Shown here piece after piece: positions 61,434 through 64,000 of a stretch of DNA of 64,000 nt. The position numbers were made by a program, and so were the translations under genes. The stretch lies in assembly GCA_002104905.1 (NCBI GenBank), contig MCFE01000209.1, positions 62,001 to 126,000 of the forward strand, given 5' to 3'. Within the stretch, counting starts at the first letter, position 1. Each line of letters begins with the position of its first letter. Below the pieces are notes generated by a model, which was not told the origin of the DNA, made no database searches, and worked only from the letters and a program-made list of their open reading frames with translations. This DNA is from Basidiobolus meristosporus CBS 931.73 (lineage: Eukaryota; Fungi; Basidiobolomycota).

Positions 61434-64000
61434 TTAATACCGTGGGGGTCTAAAACCTCCTTTGCTCCCACCGCGTTGAGGTGGGCGGTCGTATGGGCCA
61501 CCTCTACCACGGCCATTCTGGAATCGGGGAGCTCTATTGTTGTCGTTCATCGGACCACCTCGGCCTCGTGGGTCAAAGCCCCTGGGGTTGTTCCCAGCGT
61601 GGAGTGGTGGTGGCGGTGGTGGTGAAGAGTTCTCGTTGAATCTTCTTTTCCCATAGGGCGGTGCACCTTGGTCTTGGTATCCACCTCTCGTGGGCGCACC
61701 TTGTTCGGGATAGCCATGTGAAGGCCCGGTTGGGTGTCGATTGAGCCGCGGGTCTTGAGGGGGACCATTGTCAGTATAACCCCTAGGTGGGCCACCATCA
61801 TTGAATGATCCTCGAGGACCTTGTGGAGGTGGAGGCGGTCTAGAATCAAATCCGCCCCGAGGTCCGGAGGGAGGGCGAGATCCATCAAATTGGCCTCGGG
61901 ATCCACTCATAGAGCCATTTGTCGGAGGGCGTGAAGGATAGTCGCCAGGTGGACCTTGTCGCGAAGATGGGAAAGGGGGTTGTCCAGATCCAGAGGGCGG
62001 CCTTATGCCGGGTGGCATGTTATTGGATGACCTATGTTGCGAATGGAATGAGCCCCCATGACCACCCATCTGACCAGGTGGGCCATTAGGTTTAAATGGA
62101 TAATCGTTTGGTGGCGGACCACGATCGTGCATGGGTCCGTTGCGAGACTTCGCCATACCAAAGCCAGGCAGCGGGCCATTTCTATCATGAGCATTTCCAA
62201 GACCAGGCGGGGCAAAGCTGTCTTTCTTGTTGGCTGAACCATGATAGTTCTTGTTGAACATGGATAGACCTGGAACATGGCTGTCTGGAAAGGAGTTATC
62301 AAAGTTAGCACAAACCCTGTATAACCCGAAGCGACGACTACACTAAATAAACGAACCCTCTTCCCAATGCTGCTCGTTAGCATTGAGGCCATCAGGTTTC
62401 TCGTCGGATTTTTCGGATGGGTCTCCGGGTCTTTCACGAGTCCAAAATTTGGTCGAGTGGTCGTTGGAGCCTGAGGCAATGATATGGCCAACTGGATGCC
62501 AATCCAAAGACCAGATGTTTTGTTCATGAGCTCCATCAATATTTGCAACAGCTTGGTCATTTCTTTCAACCAGAAGATCATTGTTAGTAACCCAGCAGTG
62601 AAGATTAGTTGCAGCAATGAAACTCACCCTATAAGCCAGTATGTGAGTGAGCCTTCAGAGCCACCAGTGGCCAATAGGCGTTCGTGGATCGGATGCCATG
62701 AAAGAGCTTTACTCGAGTTAGTATAAAAGTAAAGATTAAAGGTGCTTCAATCTCTACTCACAAGATAGCTCTTCCTTTCCGCTTCTGAATGTCTGGAGTT
62801 CCTTCATCATTCGAATGTCGTAGACTTTCATCATTTGGTCTCTGGCAACCGTGGCGAGCCAATTCCCGTTCTTGTTCCATTCTATACCACTTACGGTGGC
62901 CTTGTGACCATGTCTGGCACGATGGGTTAGAGACATTGATTGATGGGCCAATGTGCAGATAACTTACAATGTTGTCAAGTTTCGTCCAGATTTAGGATCC
63001 CACAGCTTTACCAGGTTATCTTTCGAGCCAGAAGCAAGGAGCGCTTTGGACGGATGCCAGTCAACGCACTTTACATCCCAACCGTGACCTACAAATGCTC
63101 AATGATAAGAAAACATGGCGCGATTGCCAACATGGTCGCAAATAAGGTGCACCTGTTAAGATTTTTTCCTCGATGCCTTCATTGAAATTCCAAATCTTGA
63201 TGGTTCCGTCATCCGAACATGTGGCAAATTTGACATCAGTGGGCGAAAACCTAAAGGATGATCTTGAGTTTTCTTTACAAGTAACAATCGAGGGTCCAAC
63301 TGCTACTCACGCTATATCACGGATTGCCTCCTTGTGGCCTTGGAATACTTTGAGATTGTTCATATTAGACTGCCAGTACTTGATAACGCCACTATGATCT
63401 GCGGTTACCATCCAATTGTCGTTGTGGGTCCACTCCATGGCTCGCACGGCAGTGTCATGAGCCTTAAAGTTTGCCAATGAGCATCCATAATGCACGAGGT
63501 CAAAAATGTAGCACCAACCTGAAGAATTGTTTCAAAATTGAAGGTCAACCCGTTCCAAAGGGTAAACTCCCCACTAGTAGAGCCGGTAATCAAACGTCTG
63601 CCTTCTGGGGTCCACTGAAAAGTAAATAGAGCTACAATCAACCACTGATCTGACCCCAAGAAGCAATGCGCCTACTTACCTTAACGACGTTAACCGGGCA
63701 ACGAATCTTGTTTGTTGAGGTGTGAACAAACTTGGTGGCTCCGGAGTCCACAGGGTTGTTTAAATGAAAAGAAGTGGGCAGTAGCTATTACGTAGCGGAC
63801 CAGGTATGATGTTACGACCAAGCAGATACGTGTCCAAAAAAAAACTTTATTATTAGATAAATTGCATATATACAGTACTCATCAAGAATTACCAGTGCTT
63901 GTAGCAACCTGGCAATATCGAGTTGTGAGAGAACAAGAGCTTATTCATAACGGGCACTTACGTTTACGATGAAGTTGGGGTTGGGTCTAAGTATAGGCAG
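61434..64000 (-). CDS. PFS2: Polyadenylation factor subunit 2 / WDR33 (multi-exon; 5' end lies beyond the window)
   Basis: Exons encode [88 protein letters not shown] and [13 protein letters not shown]...[13 protein letters not shown]-rich low-complexity tail at 61434-62290. Confidence 0.95.

Noticed and set aside
61547-62617. Alternative-frame ORFs (119 aa, 204 aa) over the PFS2 tail
   Set aside because: They are by-products of the GC-rich low-complexity exon. The spliced PFS2 frame explains the region.

Overview
Fungal genomic DNA (short GT-AG introns with CTAAC branch points; lineage not determinable from this window) made of two very different parts. Bases 1 to ~55,500 are an almost CpG-free pile of nested, mostly decayed transposons. 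It holds at least five Ty3/gypsy-type LTR families (A-E here), Ty1/copia elements (one full-length with a perfect CTATC TSD), an IS5/PIF-Harbinger-like TIR family (transposase remnant, a 191-bp MITE, 731-bp foldback palindromes) and an APE-RT LINE-like family. TSDs and reading-frame continuity allow the nesting to be reconstructed: one gypsy element is spread over ~38 kb, one carries an LTR-mediated internal inversion, and one is a three-LTR tandem dimer. From ~55,900 on the DNA is CpG-normal and gene-dense: a DNAJC9-like J-protein pseudogene, an intact multi-exon monopolin subunit Csm1/Pcs1, an intronless peroxisomal malate synthase, and the 3' part of PFS2/WDR33. The most unusual signals are the self-homogenising foldback palindrome, a GGGG/hairpin array inside an LTR, a copia PBS whose ATG is in frame with gag, and a head-to-tail stack of LINE 5' ends. 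All alignments and counts were done by eye.
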